Counted from the whole stretch's first letter, positions 1-13,184 are shown. The stretch is DNA of 63,918 bases, filler included, from Octopus bimaculoides (GCF_001194135.2; 10 parts of 9 records of this genome joined end to end with filler, not necessarily neighbours in it), one strand, 5' to 3'. Notes: a model not told the origin generated them from the sequence alone. A program made the numbers and translations.

Positions 1-235
1 GATTGCTTCAAGTTCACATTGGTACATTATGGATATCCAGTCAGTATCGGTCAGAATGGTTTCAACTTTTAGCACAAACCCAACATTATCGCGTAGGGAG
101 TAACTCCAGTACATCGACCCTAGTGCTCAACTGGCAATTACTTTATTGATTTCGAAGATTGAAAGGCTAAATCGACTTCAGCAGAAATTGAACTCAGATC
201 GTGAAGACGGAAGAAATAATAATAATAATAATCAG

Positions 236-450
236 ACAAATACATAACAAAAACACCAGGACTTACAAATATATATAACATACAGAAAATTGCACTACTG
301 GGCACTGCACACATCCTACGCAAAACACTTTCAATACAGTAACCATAAGAGCATCACAGCAAACCACAGCACATACCCAAGGCACACAGAGCTGCGCTCG
401 GTAGTGAAGTGAAAGCACGTTATAAAAATAAAACTACTGAACAATAATAA
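236..450 (+). mobile_element. R4/Dong-like LINE 3' terminus with (TAA)n tail
   Basis: YITKTPGLTNIYNIQKIALLGTAHILRKTLSIQ*, then a 3' UTR ending aataataataat. A diverged minus-strand copy lies at about 32305-32610. Confidence 0.75.
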
Positions 451-1009
451 TAATCCTTTCAACTATAGGCACAAGGCCTGAAATTCTTGGGGAAGGCCTA
501 AGTCAATTACATCAAACTCAGTACTCAACTGGTATTTATTTCATCTACCCCGAAAAGATGAAAGGCAAAGTCGACCTCGGCGGAAATTGAACTCAGAACG
601 TAAAGTCGGGCGAAATGCGGCGAAGCTTTTCGCCCGGCCTGCAAACGTTTCTGCCAGCTCCCCACCTTAATAATAATAATATTAATAGTAATTGTAAATA
701 ATAATGATAATAATGATTCTTTCTACTGGAAGCACAAGCCTCATATTTGGGGGAAGGGATTAAGTCGATTACATCGATCCTAGTGCGTACCTCGTACTTA
801 TTTAATTGACCCCGAAAGGATGAAAGGCAAAGTCGACCTCGGCGGAATTTGAACTCAGAACGTAGCGGCAGACGCCGCTATGTTCTGAGGTCGACTTAGC
901 CATTTATTCTTTCCGGGTCGATGAAATAAGTACCAGTTGAGTGCTGGGGTAGATGTAATTGACTTACCTTTCCCCAAAAATTTCAAACCTTGTGCCTATA
1001 GTAGAAAGG

Positions 1010-1046
1010 ATTATTATTATTATTATTATTATCATCATCATCATCA

Positions 1047-1107
<61 letters not shown>

Positions 1108-1112
1108 CATCA

Positions 1113-1156
<44 letters not shown>
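1010..1156. repeat. (ATT)n/(ATC)n microsatellite, representative of dozens of simple repeats
   Basis: Directly visible. Other large arrays: (TG)n 8960-9070, (ATC)n 14535-14705, (GGT/GAT)n 36620-37060, tetranucleotides 39030-39900, (AG)n 63335-63455, CT-rich 31260-31670 and GA-rich 48760-49510. Confidence 0.97.
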
Positions 1157-1289
1157 ACAATTTTGGACAACAGAAAACTACATTGAAGTATTACATGCAT
1201 ACTATAACACAGCATTGTATTCAAAGATACAAGTATTATAAAAAAAAAAGTCATGTATGCTATAGAGAAAAAAAAACGAAAAAGAAAAA

Positions 1290-2400
1290 AAGGAAATATT
1301 ACAGTAAATACACAAGCAAACTAGATTTGTAATAAACAATAACAAGATTCCTAAAATAGAAATAGACAAACTTATAGACAGAATACCCATTGATAATAAA
1401 AGATATCCAACCATACACAAAAACTGACATGCAATAAACAAAAGAAAACCTTACAATAGTGCCCTCCATACACAAAACACGTAAGCCTCACAAAAGAAAG
1501 AAAACAATATAACTGAGTTGACCATACTTACAATAAGAGAGACCTCAAGACAAAGTGAACATACTACAAATCCCCTCACGCAAGACAACAAACAAATCAG
1601 TTCATCAAAGCAAAAATATAAATACAGAAAATAAAATGAACTAAAGCTAAAAAAAAAAAGAGATGATGACCATAAAAGTCACCATAGAAACACTCAACAA
1701 AATACATAGCCACAACAAAAGTATATCCTCCACTCCACACAAATAGAATAGATACACACATCACAACAAAGTAACCAGAGTTAACATTTGGGAGGCTCTA
1801 ACTGAAATAATAAAGAAAATGGAAGAGAACATTATAAAATCAATGATGAAGGTAAATGCCTTCCCAAGTAGAAACCGAATAAGCAGCTTCTCTGAAAGAA
1901 TAATTAAATATAATAGGACATTGCAAGATATTATGTTCACAGCAACAAACCGTCGGAATATTGATAGGCTGAATAATCTAATGTATTCAATAGCCTTGAT
2001 AGTGTAGAGGGAACTCCACATTGATCCTCACTGAAATAAAACCACAGTCAAGTCCTATCCAAACGGAAGGAAATTTATGATACATAGAATTGAGAAAAAT
2101 AGCAGGTCCTAAACTTACTTAGTAAAATGCTAACAGAGACATCGAGCATGAAAAAGGAGAAAAAAAAAATAATAATGATCCTAATAATAAATTCGTACAA
2201 TATCAATAAAGAGGAAGACACAACAGATGCAGATTAGAAAGATGTGCTTAAACAACTGGAGGAAAGACCAAACTAACTAGAAAAGCAACTATAGAATTAG
2301 ACATACAAGCGAATTTGATGAAATTAGACAATTAGATGAAAGCCACCGACGTAAATATTTAGGAAAGGATAACTCTTAAAAATATACAATGCACTGAAAT
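1290..2400 (+). mobile_element. Decayed R4/Dong-like LINE N-terminal region
   Basis: A-rich strand; RLNNLMYSIALIV followed by a PKW-like motif, resembling the pre-RT region seen at 41.9 kb. Confidence 0.5.
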
Positions 2401-4107
2401 GAAGGATGTTATTTTAAAATATTACAGAAGAATTCGATTAATATAAGACTTCAAATTTTGGCACTAGGCCAATAGTATCATCTTCAACTGGTACTTATTT
2501 TATCGGCCTTGAAGGATGAATTTGACGAAATGCCGCTAAGCATTTCGTGCGGCATGCTAAAGATTCTTGCAGCTCGTCGCCTTAAGACTTCGATTAATAT
2601 TAACAATTGGATTTAATATTAGAATATAACACATTACGGTATAGCCCAACATCCAAAATAGTGGTCATATGGCCCTTGAGGTTCCATTTACGATTTTGTT
2701 GTTAAAATTTATGCACAATAAATTGTTTATACTTCTACAATACACAAATTTGTTAATTTTTTAAAATACAATACTTAATAATAATTATAAAAATATAATA
2801 GGACTTTTTGAACATCGAATGGCTATGAGGGCCCAACCGAGTAAAATAGGAATCAAACCATAGGAAATGATGGTTGTGAATCACTGATTCGCACCGGTAA
2901 CGGAGAACTGCGATGGCCTAGAGCATTTCATTTTCCTTCAGACAAAGCAATCACAATATGAACATAAGCAATACACTACTCTATAGCACCAACAACTTAA
3001 CACAGTTTACATTCTACGTACGCAGCCAAGTAATGCCACACAGAATATGAAGCTCTTATTCTATATATTCACCGTACGATATGGAAATACTTAACACCAA
3101 TCACAGTTCATCAACAAAACAGAATACGTCTCATATCGTATTGTACAAACTCTACACGGCTGAAAAAGCACTAAATTATACACCTTAAACAATAAGCCAA
3201 TAATATGGGCATAAACATACAGAACATAACAAAGTACTGATGTGGTGTATTTACACAAATCTACAACCCTAAAAAACAAATATGATAATGCACACACTTC
3301 AAGAACACGGAGGTGCATTTGGTGATGCATTAAAAACTCTCGCAAAACTACTAAAATGATAATTTTAGCAACAGGCCAGCAACTTTAAGGGGTAAGGGTT
3401 TCGTCGATTTACATAGACTCCATTCCAGAGGAATGAAAGGCAAAATTTACATTAGCAGAATTTGAATTCAGAACGTAACAAGTGGTAAGAAATACCACTA
3501 GGCATTTTGTTCGACGCCCTGCCAAATCTGTCATTTCACCGCCTTAGCTGCTGAAACAACCTCCCTATTATAGGCACAAAGCCTGAAATTTACGGGAGGA
3601 GGCTAGTCGATTCCATCAACCTCAATACTCAACTAGTACCTATTTTATCGACCCCGATAGGATGGAAGCTATAGTCGGCCTCAACGGAATTTGAACTTAG
3701 AACGTAAAGGCGGACAAAGTGCCACAAACATTTCCCCCGGCGTGCTAACGATTCTACCAACACGCCGCTTTAAATACTGAAATGATAATGACTTATTTTT
3801 GTCGTTGATTTGTTCATTGTACTAAATAACTTCTATCCGGTCTCTTATGTACAGATTAAATTAGTGCAAAATGTAAGTAAACCATATAAAATAAAACCGA
3901 TTCTTTACTGGATGAAAGTATATGCAGATTAAAAGATAAGGTATTTAAAAAAAAATAATACAATGTGATTTTGGTGTTAATCATTTCTGTTTCCTCAGCC
4001 ATAAACATTCCATCACACAGAGGCACATAGTACAAACAGCTTATGGAACTACAGGCGCAAACACGTACGGAATATATAGACACACTCCCGTCACATTCAC
4101 GGATATT

Positions 4108-4157
4108 TGCACAGCAAAGACTTGCACAGCAAAGACTTGCACAGCAAACACTTGCAC
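4108..4157. repeat. 15-bp tandem repeat
   Basis: (ttgcacagcaaagac) x about 3.3. Confidence 0.9.
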
Positions 4158-5392
4158 ACGATCCACAACAAGAAGTGAAACACCGAATGTGGAATACATG
4201 GCTGCCTGAGTCCTCAGAACGTTCAGGTTGTCAAGACATTGATTTCCAATAATAAAGTATTTTGAAATCAATACCGATATCATGTTAGAATGTGTAATAG
4301 TAGTGTGAAGGCGGAGTGGGAAAAATAGAAGCAGAATAATAATATCAGAACAACGAAATTAACAACTGCAGCAGTATGAACAACAATAACACCAAAACGT
4401 GAGGAAAATCAGAATTTGAACGAAAAGTGGTCGTCCAGTTTAAATAAGATAAGAAGCGGAAACATCAAAGTCAAAGTCAGTCAATGAAACTTTTGTGTAA
4501 TCTGATTATTAGTCATGTGATGAGAACCGAAGAGGCATTCCATTAAACTAAAACTATTAATTTCATTTTTAACTCTACCGGAATGGTTTTATGAGTTCTC
4601 TGACCTAGATAGATATTTCTGGAGGCTTCTGTGGACAAGTGATGGAAATTTCTGATTGAATTGATAATGCTGTGTTGGTAACTGTGTTCACAGTTGCGTG
4701 AGGGCATTCACTGATGTAGTTTTTATTGTAAGCGGTTTTATACAACTGAAATAGATTAAATATTGAATCATGACAACCTTGAGATATTGCAGGTTTCTTT
4801 CTTTCGTTTCTGTTCTTGTTTTTACAGCAATAGAGTTTAGTGTAGCAAAAGAAATGTAGAAGTCTGCAGTAGGCTACATTATAAAATATTATTCAAACAG
4901 TTCGTTGCTTACTGTTATGTAGAACTCAAGTGCTTCCATTTACCAAAATGTAGAACAAACTATTGTTCCAGAAAAATTATGATTGCAAAAACGTTTGTTG
5001 TCGCTGTTGTTGTTTAGCTCCAGGTTAGCTTTGAGTATACAGTCGAAGAAATTCGTAACAATCATGTCCATCGTCTCTCTTTCTTCAAGCGTGATGCTTC
5101 GACGTTCAAATTATTAGATGCATGTTCCCGTATTTTTAATATGTTACGATGATGTATGACGAGATTTTGATTATTAATTGAAGTAAATCGAACGACAAAA
5201 TGCAACCTCTTTTATATAGGTAGCCTCGAAAATAATTCTTTGCAAATGAGATACACAGTTATAAAAATGAACTTTTTGTATCTGGCAGAATCTAGGCAAA
5301 GAATTCCCAGTAAAACGCTGCATGATACGCCATATACGTTTCTCAAATTATGACAAAAATTGTCTTTACTTACAACGCGTGAACATCATCAA

Positions 5393-5492
5393 NNNNNNNN
5401 NNNNNNNNNNNNNNNNNNNNNNNNNNNNNNNNNNNNTTAATTAATTAANNNNNNNNNNNNNNNNNNNNNNNNNNNNNNNNNNNNNNNNNNNN
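5393..5492. other. Artificial spacer N44-TTAATTAATTAA-N44
   Basis: The same 100-bp structure recurs at 24888-24987, 30400-30499, 44544-44643, 46272-46371, 48660-48759, 51406-51505, 54374-54473 and 59488-59587. TTAATTAATTAA is palindromic and has stops in all six frames. Confidence 0.95.
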
Positions 5493-5554
5493 ACACACAC
5501 ACACACATACAGATATATATAGACACATATACATATATATACACATACACATAC

Positions 5555-5632
5555 TTAGAATGGGCTCCTGTACAAGAAGTTCCATTTACATTTGCTACTT
5601 GCACAAGTGGGATCAAATTGAAAGCCACACCA
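5555..5632 (-). CDS. Candidate (terminal?) exon of gene X
   Basis: Strong acceptor aattttcttttcag|. Phase 0 reads WCGFQFDPTCASSKCKWNFLYRSPF*. The phase 2 frame is also open (GVAFNLIPLVQVANVNGTSCTGAHSK), so the frame is ambiguous. Confidence 0.45.
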   Translation of the reverse strand, partial: WCGFQFDPTCASSKCKWNFLYRSPF

Positions 5633-6509
5633 CTGAAAAGAAAATTTCTGAATCACATGGCTAAGTCTGCACTTAGAAATTTCATCATTTCTTATATATA
5701 ATTAATGTAGTTCATCAATTATGTCTATAATATACATGCCATCGACGTTAAATTAAAACTAGTTAATAAATAGTTAACAAAAGTCTGTACTTGTGAAACA
5801 ATTCTGTGATAAATTCCTTCGTCAGATGTTAATAACTTGTAGTTGATTAGAAATAAACGTTACCATTCCATTGTGTGTTCAAAAATACATTCGTTATTTT
5901 TAGTTCTACACATTGCTGTCAAATGTTGAATGTTTTCTTGGATTGTATGTACTTTCAAGTTATATTTTGGTATAAGTGTGTGTTCCTGTGTATGAATGTA
6001 TGTGAGTGAGTATATTACCCAATGATACTCAAACGAACCTCCCACTATAAAATGTTAAGCAACATTAGTACAACATAAATACAACAATGTTAACTATCCT
6101 AGTAAGAACTACATGGTATCCTACATATTTTTAACCTCACTGACACATGCGTATACACATACACATACAAGGACATATACACATGTGTGTGCATGCACAG
6201 ATGCATACATAAACACATTATACTCACATAGACAGATGTGTGTGAGTGCACTCAAGCTTGTGTACTCACACACATATGGAGAAATAGATACAGTCAATCA
6301 TACATACATATGTGCACACTCAGAAGAACACAGCAGTGGAGGTTTGTTCGTATACACATATGCAAACCAACAGAGTATCACCTGGAAAGCCCCTGGACAT
6401 TACTAAAGGAAACAGGAGGTCTAATCACCAGGTGGGAGTAATCAACAGACAGAATCAATAAGTTAGTGTCCCTGCAGCAGCTTAAGCTGTTGGAGTGAGA
6501 ATTAGGCAA

Positions 6510-6965
6510 GAAACGATGATGATGATGATGATAACGAAGATGACGACAACGACGATGATGATGACGATGACAACGATTGTGGTGGTGGTGGTGGTGGTGG
6601 TGGTGTGGAGAATGAGGAGTTTGAAGATGCCGATGACAAAGACAACAGCGATGAATGACAATGATGACAACAGCAATGAAAAACAACAACAACAATTATG
6701 ACAATGACAACAACAAAGATGACGACGACGATGATGATGACGATGATGGCGACGACGACGACGAGGACGGTGGTGGTGGTGGTGGTGGTGTGGAGGAGAA
6801 GTTTAAGGATGACAATGACAAAGACAATGATGATGACAACAATGAAAAACAACAACGACAATGATGATGATGACAGCAACAACAACAACAACAACAATGA
6901 AGATGATGACGATGATGATGATAATGCCAGTGATGATGATGTAGATGATAGTGGTGATGGTGATG
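6510..6965. repeat. Compound trinucleotide array with about 190-bp higher-order duplication
   Basis: The block order (GAT/GAC)n-(GGT)n-gtggag..gagttt.agga-(GAC/AAC)n occurs twice. Confidence 0.75.
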
Positions 6966-7522
6966 CATGTATGCATTATGAATGTATAAAGATAGGTACA
7001 ACAGGTAATTTATAATATTATTAGCTTAGTTCACTTATTTTTATGCATACTTCTCTTTAAGTTCACATTTTTTTCTAAATTGATTTTTTTTTTATGTACT
7101 TCTTATTCATCTACCATTTTTTTTACTTTCAGAATCTTTGCTATTCTTCAGCATTTTTATTCTTCAATTTTGTTTAATAATACACTTATTTTTTTATATT
7201 TTATGAACCTACCATGTCTAATAAGATATCTTTTTTTTTTCCAATCTATTACACATACTTTCATCCTTTCTTTTTTTCTTTTCTTTCTCAAGAATCTTTT
7301 ATTTTTTTTCTTTGCCTACTTAAAAACTTTACTGACAATCTTTCATAGTTTCTTTTAGATATTTGTATCCATTTTTTCTTCATGTATCTAGATGAGTTTT
7401 GCTAGTATTGTTCAGTAAAGAACTAAAAATACACACCTATTGATTCTGTACTGTTATTGAATCTTTTCAATAATGGTACAGAATCAACATTATTGTCTAA
7501 GGAATTATTGTTGTAGACTTAC

Positions 7523-7610
7523 GACTATCATGATTGTTGCTCTTGTTCTTGTTAAATCTATAGCATAGACAGTATTACTTTCCTTGCACTGACACTTTGA
7601 ATATTTGTAT
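7523..7610 (-). CDS. Candidate exon of gene X
   Basis: 88 nt, ctttgtatgtag|A TAC AAA...ATA GTC|gtaagt. Only phase 2 is open: YKYSKCQCKESNTVYAIDLTRTRATIMIV. Confidence 0.55.
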
Positions 7611-7915
7611 CTACATACAAAGTTACATAGAAACGAGGAGATACACAAATATGTGTGTGTGTATGCTAACCTAAAGCATATGTAGTCATAAGAGTATATT
7701 TAATTACATACGTGCATATATTTAAGTACTTTTTGTATACTTATATGGCATATGTGTGTAAACACGCATATGTATAGGTTCATACACACATGTGTGTGTA
7801 TAAATGTACATATTCATATTTTGACAATTCTGGAATCTGTACCTATTTATCCCTTTCATATATATGTGTGCATGTGTGTACATGTGCGTATATGTGTACA
7901 CACATGCACACACAC

Positions 7916-7959
<44 letters not shown>

Positions 7960-7962
<3 letters not shown>

Positions 7963-8503
7963 TGTGGCCAGATGTTAGGGGTGATGTGGTCACAGAAATT
8001 GTATGACAGCCATGACTGGCTGGGTTCTCCTGCTTGTGTGGCATGGTGCAGAGACCTGTTGCTAGATACAGGGTATTCTAGCAACCACTGTCTTGACCCA
8101 GGGCAACACTACCTCCTCCAGGCACTTGATGTAGGCCTCCGTGTTGAGTGTGAGGCCGTGTGGGAAAATGAACGGAGACGTAACATCGCCATCACTAGTG
8201 ATCATTCCAAACACCATGATATTGATTGGAAGTTTGATTTTTATCACTCTTGGTACATATTTTGGTACATGTTCTGTGTGCTCACCATCTGTTCATATTG
8301 GAGCTTGTGGCATGAATGCCAAGCAGTACAGCATGTCGTTTCCAAATTTCTAGCAGAGTGAATTGTGTCATGGTGCTGCTTTTCTCACAGATGGTGCCCA
8401 ACTGACCCTACAATACTGTGTAGTCGACAAAAATTATAAGCAAACAATGGGCATGGGCGAAATTAAAAATATAAAATGGAGGCAATTTACCCATTGCACC
8501 CTG
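7960..8503 (-). mobile_element. Tc1/mariner (maT/DD37D-like) transposon, internally deleted
   Basis: KIKLPINIMVFGMITSDGDVTSPFIFPHGLTLNTEAYIKCLEEVVLPWV...QQVSAPCHT...DHITPNIWP. Terminus CAGGGTGCAATGGG at 8503 abuts TA. Confidence 0.85.
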
Positions 8504-8973
8504 TATATAAGTTTTGAATAGAAAGAGGTTGCTCTTTCAACAGATGTATTTCAACCAAGCATACATCAATTTAGCTCCATATCAATTCATTTTCCTGGAA
8601 TTTGTTAATTTGTGTTAGCAACAGTGTTTATTGAAGGTTCTTCTTCAACATCAGTGCTTAACACTTATGAAGTTCCAGTTGCTGTTATAGACGTTTTCAT
8701 TTATCTGATATAGGATGACAGAATTTTGCTAATATGATATAAAGAAAATGGAGAGTGTGAACACAGAAAAAAATCAAGTTATTTATATAATAGATAATTT
8801 CATGTCACCTATGCACGTTTCAATTTCTCACTTTCATTCATATTTTGCAATCAAAATTGCGTTATGAATTTAAAAGCTAAACATTTCTTCAGGGCAAAAT
8901 TGACATATATTCATTGACATCCTGAAGAATGGAGAGCTCCTTACAGACTGAATAGCAGCATGTGTATATGTGT

Positions 8974-9070
<97 letters not shown>

Positions 9071-9280
9071 TGTATGAACGTGTTTGTCTTTGGATTCCAT
9101 TCTAAAAATAGCTAGAGGTTAAACTACGGCCACAGTGGACAATTTCTAGTTGCAGTCCTAAAGAACTATGTCATATTACTGTTCATTCTTAATGGAATTT
9201 AGATTCCTTTTTTAGAGGCTAGCTGCCTCTCCTATCCCTATTCACTTGTCAAAAGAATAATATATATATATATATATATT

Positions 9281-11400
9281 AGTAAGTATCAAAGTCAATA
9301 CATTTATTTAACTTCTACTTATTTGATTTTTATTTGATTTTAAATTTTATTTAGATGTATTAGTCTTATTTCTTGATATTTTTGGTTATCATATATATTT
9401 AGTTAAATTAATTTTTATATATTTTAATGGGAATACAATTCACTATGTATCACATGCATGGAGTTTGACTATTTTGAAAGGTGTGAGTGCATTTCACTTT
9501 AAGATTTGTTCTTATGTTTATTTTAATTTTACCATTCATGGAATGTTTATTTCAATATAATTTATTTAAAATTTATTAAATATATAAATGTATATATTTC
9601 TTTTCCTTGTGAATATAACAAGCTTTCTATCCCTCATCTATCTAATATAATTGTTAATTAATTTATTTAGATTCAGCATCTGATAGTAAGGGTTTCAATG
9701 TGTATCTTTCTATTTGATTAATATTATATAATTATTAGTTCTAGATATTGATTTATTCATAAATATGCCTATTTAATTATATTTATTTGGATTTACTAGA
9801 CGTATACCCATTATTATAATGTTTTCTTAATTATTTATTTGAATTCATTAAATGTATATTTAATCCTGTGTGGACAACAACATCCTCTTTCTCTCTTATT
9901 GTTCATTAATTTGTGCTTGGATGTAATGATCTGGAAAATTTCCTCTACACATAGGTCACACCTTTTTCTTCCAATGTTATAAGATCTTGCCCAGCTAATT
10001 ACTTCCCACTTCAGCATATAGTCCTTATTTTTGTCCTTAATTGCCCAAATTAATCCACTTAAACTAGTGCTATCTTCTTTTCTCTTATCTCTAAAAGTGC
10101 TTTTATGGTTGGCTATTCTGCTTTTTATATAATTTTCCATGGAACCTATATATTAGTAATCCTGCCCCTCAGACATTACTTTACACCTATATATTACACT
10201 CTTTTCTCTATAAAATCTCTTAATAGACATTTATTTTTATTTTTATTGGCACAATCACAGGCTTTGTTATCTGGATCTTTTGCTACTTCCTATTTTTCCA
10301 GTTTTCAGGGTCATTTTCGTTATGTTTATTTCCTGTGTTATGAGTTTTAACTAATGACTTATCTTCTTTCTTTTTCTTATCTACCTTAATATTTATATTG
10401 TAACTTATTTTATGTTCGTTGTTGCTACTATAAGTATCAGCACATATATTTAAATCATTTTCATTCGTGTTTTTATTATCATTTTTGTTATTATTATTAC
10501 GTATATTTATTCTTCTTTTTGTAGACTACAAGTTTATGTTTTTTGGTCCTAGTAGGGAATCATTAAAGGTTACTTCCCTTCCTTCGCTTGTTGTGTATTT
10601 CATACTATTGTTAAGATCCTCTTCATTTTTGGCCATTAAGTAAATCATTTGTATTTTCTATTATTATAGAAATCATTTAATTTCTTACTATTTTGTGAAG
10701 ATATAATTTGTGCAATGTTTTTGCCATGCAGAAACTTGCCCTTAATTTGTGTGAATTTATTATTTTGTGATATTTGTTCTCCTTTGAAAAATTTTTAGAG
10801 ACAGTTTTATAATATAATTTCATTATATTGGTTCTAATTTGTTTTGCAAACGGTATAATGAACCATACTATATTATTTTCATAGTAATTCTTTTTAGAGT
10901 AATTTTTCTGGGGGTTAATTACATTTACACATGGAGCGTAATGTTTTACAGAATTGTTATGAATATTACCTTTTAGGCTCTCAATTTCTACCCTTTTGTT
11001 ATTTCCTATCCTATTTAGGTTTTTATTGAAGTAGTCACAATTTTCATTATCATAGTGTTCTGTTTTTGGTCTTCTTTCTATTTTATTGTTCAGAGATCTT
11101 ATAATTCCCTCACTGTTTCTATCCTTGTTATATGTGTGTTTGGGATATTTATGCCTTCTATTACTTTCTTGGTGTTTATATTTTTATATTTTTCTTATCT
11201 ATTTTATATCGAATTCCATCTGTTATCATTTTATCCTTATATTTATTTTCCTCTATTTTAATCTTATTGTGAATTCCATTTTGTGTACAGTTCTTATTAT
11301 TAGAATTTACGTTTGGTCCATAGTATTTTAATTTTTGTTTGTATCTTGTTTTATACATATAGTTATTATTATTATTAGAGTTATCCTTTGTCCATAATAT
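9281..11400 (-). mobile_element. Penelope-like element (Naiad-type), thumb/linker plus C-terminal GIY-YIG endonuclease, decayed
   Basis: Broken frames give YKHQESN...ENNIVWFIIPFAKQIRTN...KYHKIINSHKLRASFC, then KACDCANK...SVIYRCKV...YIGSMENYIKSRIANHKSTFR...LKWEVISWARSYNIGRKRCDLCVEE...CPH. AT-rich 3' region; (TA)n on both flanks. Confidence 0.85.
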
Positions 11401-11549
11401 TTCAATTTTTACTTTTTAAATTCATAATGCAATTTTAATCGTAAAATATGAATGAAGGTGAGAAATTGAAACATGTGTAGGTGGCATGAAATTGACTATT
11501 ATATAAATAAATTGATATTTTCTGTGTTCACACTCTCCATTTTCTTTAT

Positions 11550-11591
<42 letters not shown>

Positions 11592-11659
11592 GTCAATGTA
11601 TCATATATCCCCAAAAGAAGCACACTCTAAGCATAAAGTAATAAAGTTAATACCCAGTC

Positions 11660-11705
<46 letters not shown>

Positions 11706-12023
11706 CGCACACACACACACACACAACACATATACATACATTTATATATACATACACTCATACATTTATACATGACTTCCATCTTGTGATAAATTTCCAA
11801 TTAATGCTTTAAGTGATGTTCTGGTCACTCATATTCCAGACAAAGTTTGTTAGCATCATGGAGTTCATTTTTATGTGTGTGCAAATATAATGATTGTTCA
11901 AAATATATTCAGTTTCACACATTACCATGCTTCCATGCATCACCTTATCTTATGTTATCTCAACTCTGGTGCTTCCTTTTTTCCTTTCTAATATTAATTG
12001 AACTGTTTCAGCCTGAAACTTAC

Positions 12024-12193
12024 TCATAAACCTATATCCATGAACCCTTCTGTACCACCACTGACGTTTTCCAATAAAAATCATCTTCAGAACTTGCATA
12101 CTCTTCTGAATATGATACTGTAATACTGTAATTGTCTCTGCTTTTTATGTTGCTTTCATATATAATTTCCTTCTTTTCATGTATGTGCTTAGT
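12024..12193 (-). CDS. Candidate exon of gene X with two in-phase donors
   Basis: Acceptor tattttcttatcctag|. Phase 0 reads TKHIHEKKEIIYESNIKSRDNYSITVSYSEEYASSEDDFYWK. Donor 1 at 12066 (AC|gtcagt) is stop-free. Donor 2 at 12024 (GA|gtaagt) adds TSVVVQKGSWI*VY with an in-frame TAG. Both end in phase 2. Confidence 0.5.
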
Positions 12194-12839
12194 CTAGGAT
12201 AAGAAAATATTGGTAAACAGAACAATGCAATAAATAAAATAATGTAAAAGTAGCAGAGTGTTTTATTTTGTTTTATTTTGTTTTAATTTTACCTTTCTTA
12301 TTTTCAATAGGGAACTAAGTATAGTAATCACACATTTAAAACTCCTTTAGAAATAGACAAACTTATATCAAAATTATTAACCAAACAACCAAATAAGATG
12401 CATAAATATCTATATTAAGAACATTAGTTTGTTTTTCCTTTATTTGTAGAATCTGATACAGTTTTTCCCGTCATATGTTTGCAATGAGTCCTGCAGCATA
12501 TAATTTTGGTAAAAGGACAAAAATACATTTTAAAATATAATACAAATTTAAGAAACTAAACTAAAAATTCTTGTTATTTCCAATATTTCTTTAGATTGAG
12601 ATGAAATATATTTATTGAAACTTTCTTATTTCTTGCTGAGTCGAGATATTTTAATTTAATTTTATAAAATATTGTCTTACGTGTTTTTTTTCTTATGGTT
12701 TGTTTATATTTCAGACATCATTGATGTTACAAGAGGTGATATTTCTGCTTCACAGCAATAAGTTGACAGGTGGCTGTAATGTGTGTGTTTGTGTGCATGT
12801 GTGTATATATGTGCATGTATATACACATATACGTGTAAT

Positions 12840-12881
<42 letters not shown>

Positions 12882-13003
12882 NNNNNNNNNNATATATATA
12901 TATATATATATATATATGCATATATTATGTTTTCCCATATACATACACACACACATACACACATATATGTAGGTATGTATGTATGCATGCAGGCATGTAT
13001 GTA

Positions 13004-13044
<41 letters not shown>

Positions 13045-13146
13045 NNNNNNNNNNNNNNNNNNNNNNNNNNNNNNNNNNNNNNNNNNNNNNNNNNNNNNNN
13101 NNNNNNNNNNNNNNNNNNNNNNNNNNNNNNNNNNNNNNNNNNNNNN

Positions 13147-13184
<38 letters not shown>

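Noticed and set aside
9600-9645. tagatgagggatagaaagctt as the hammerhead of the 9-11 kb PLE
   Set aside because: CUGA is absent and no stem II forms; at best a decayed remnant.
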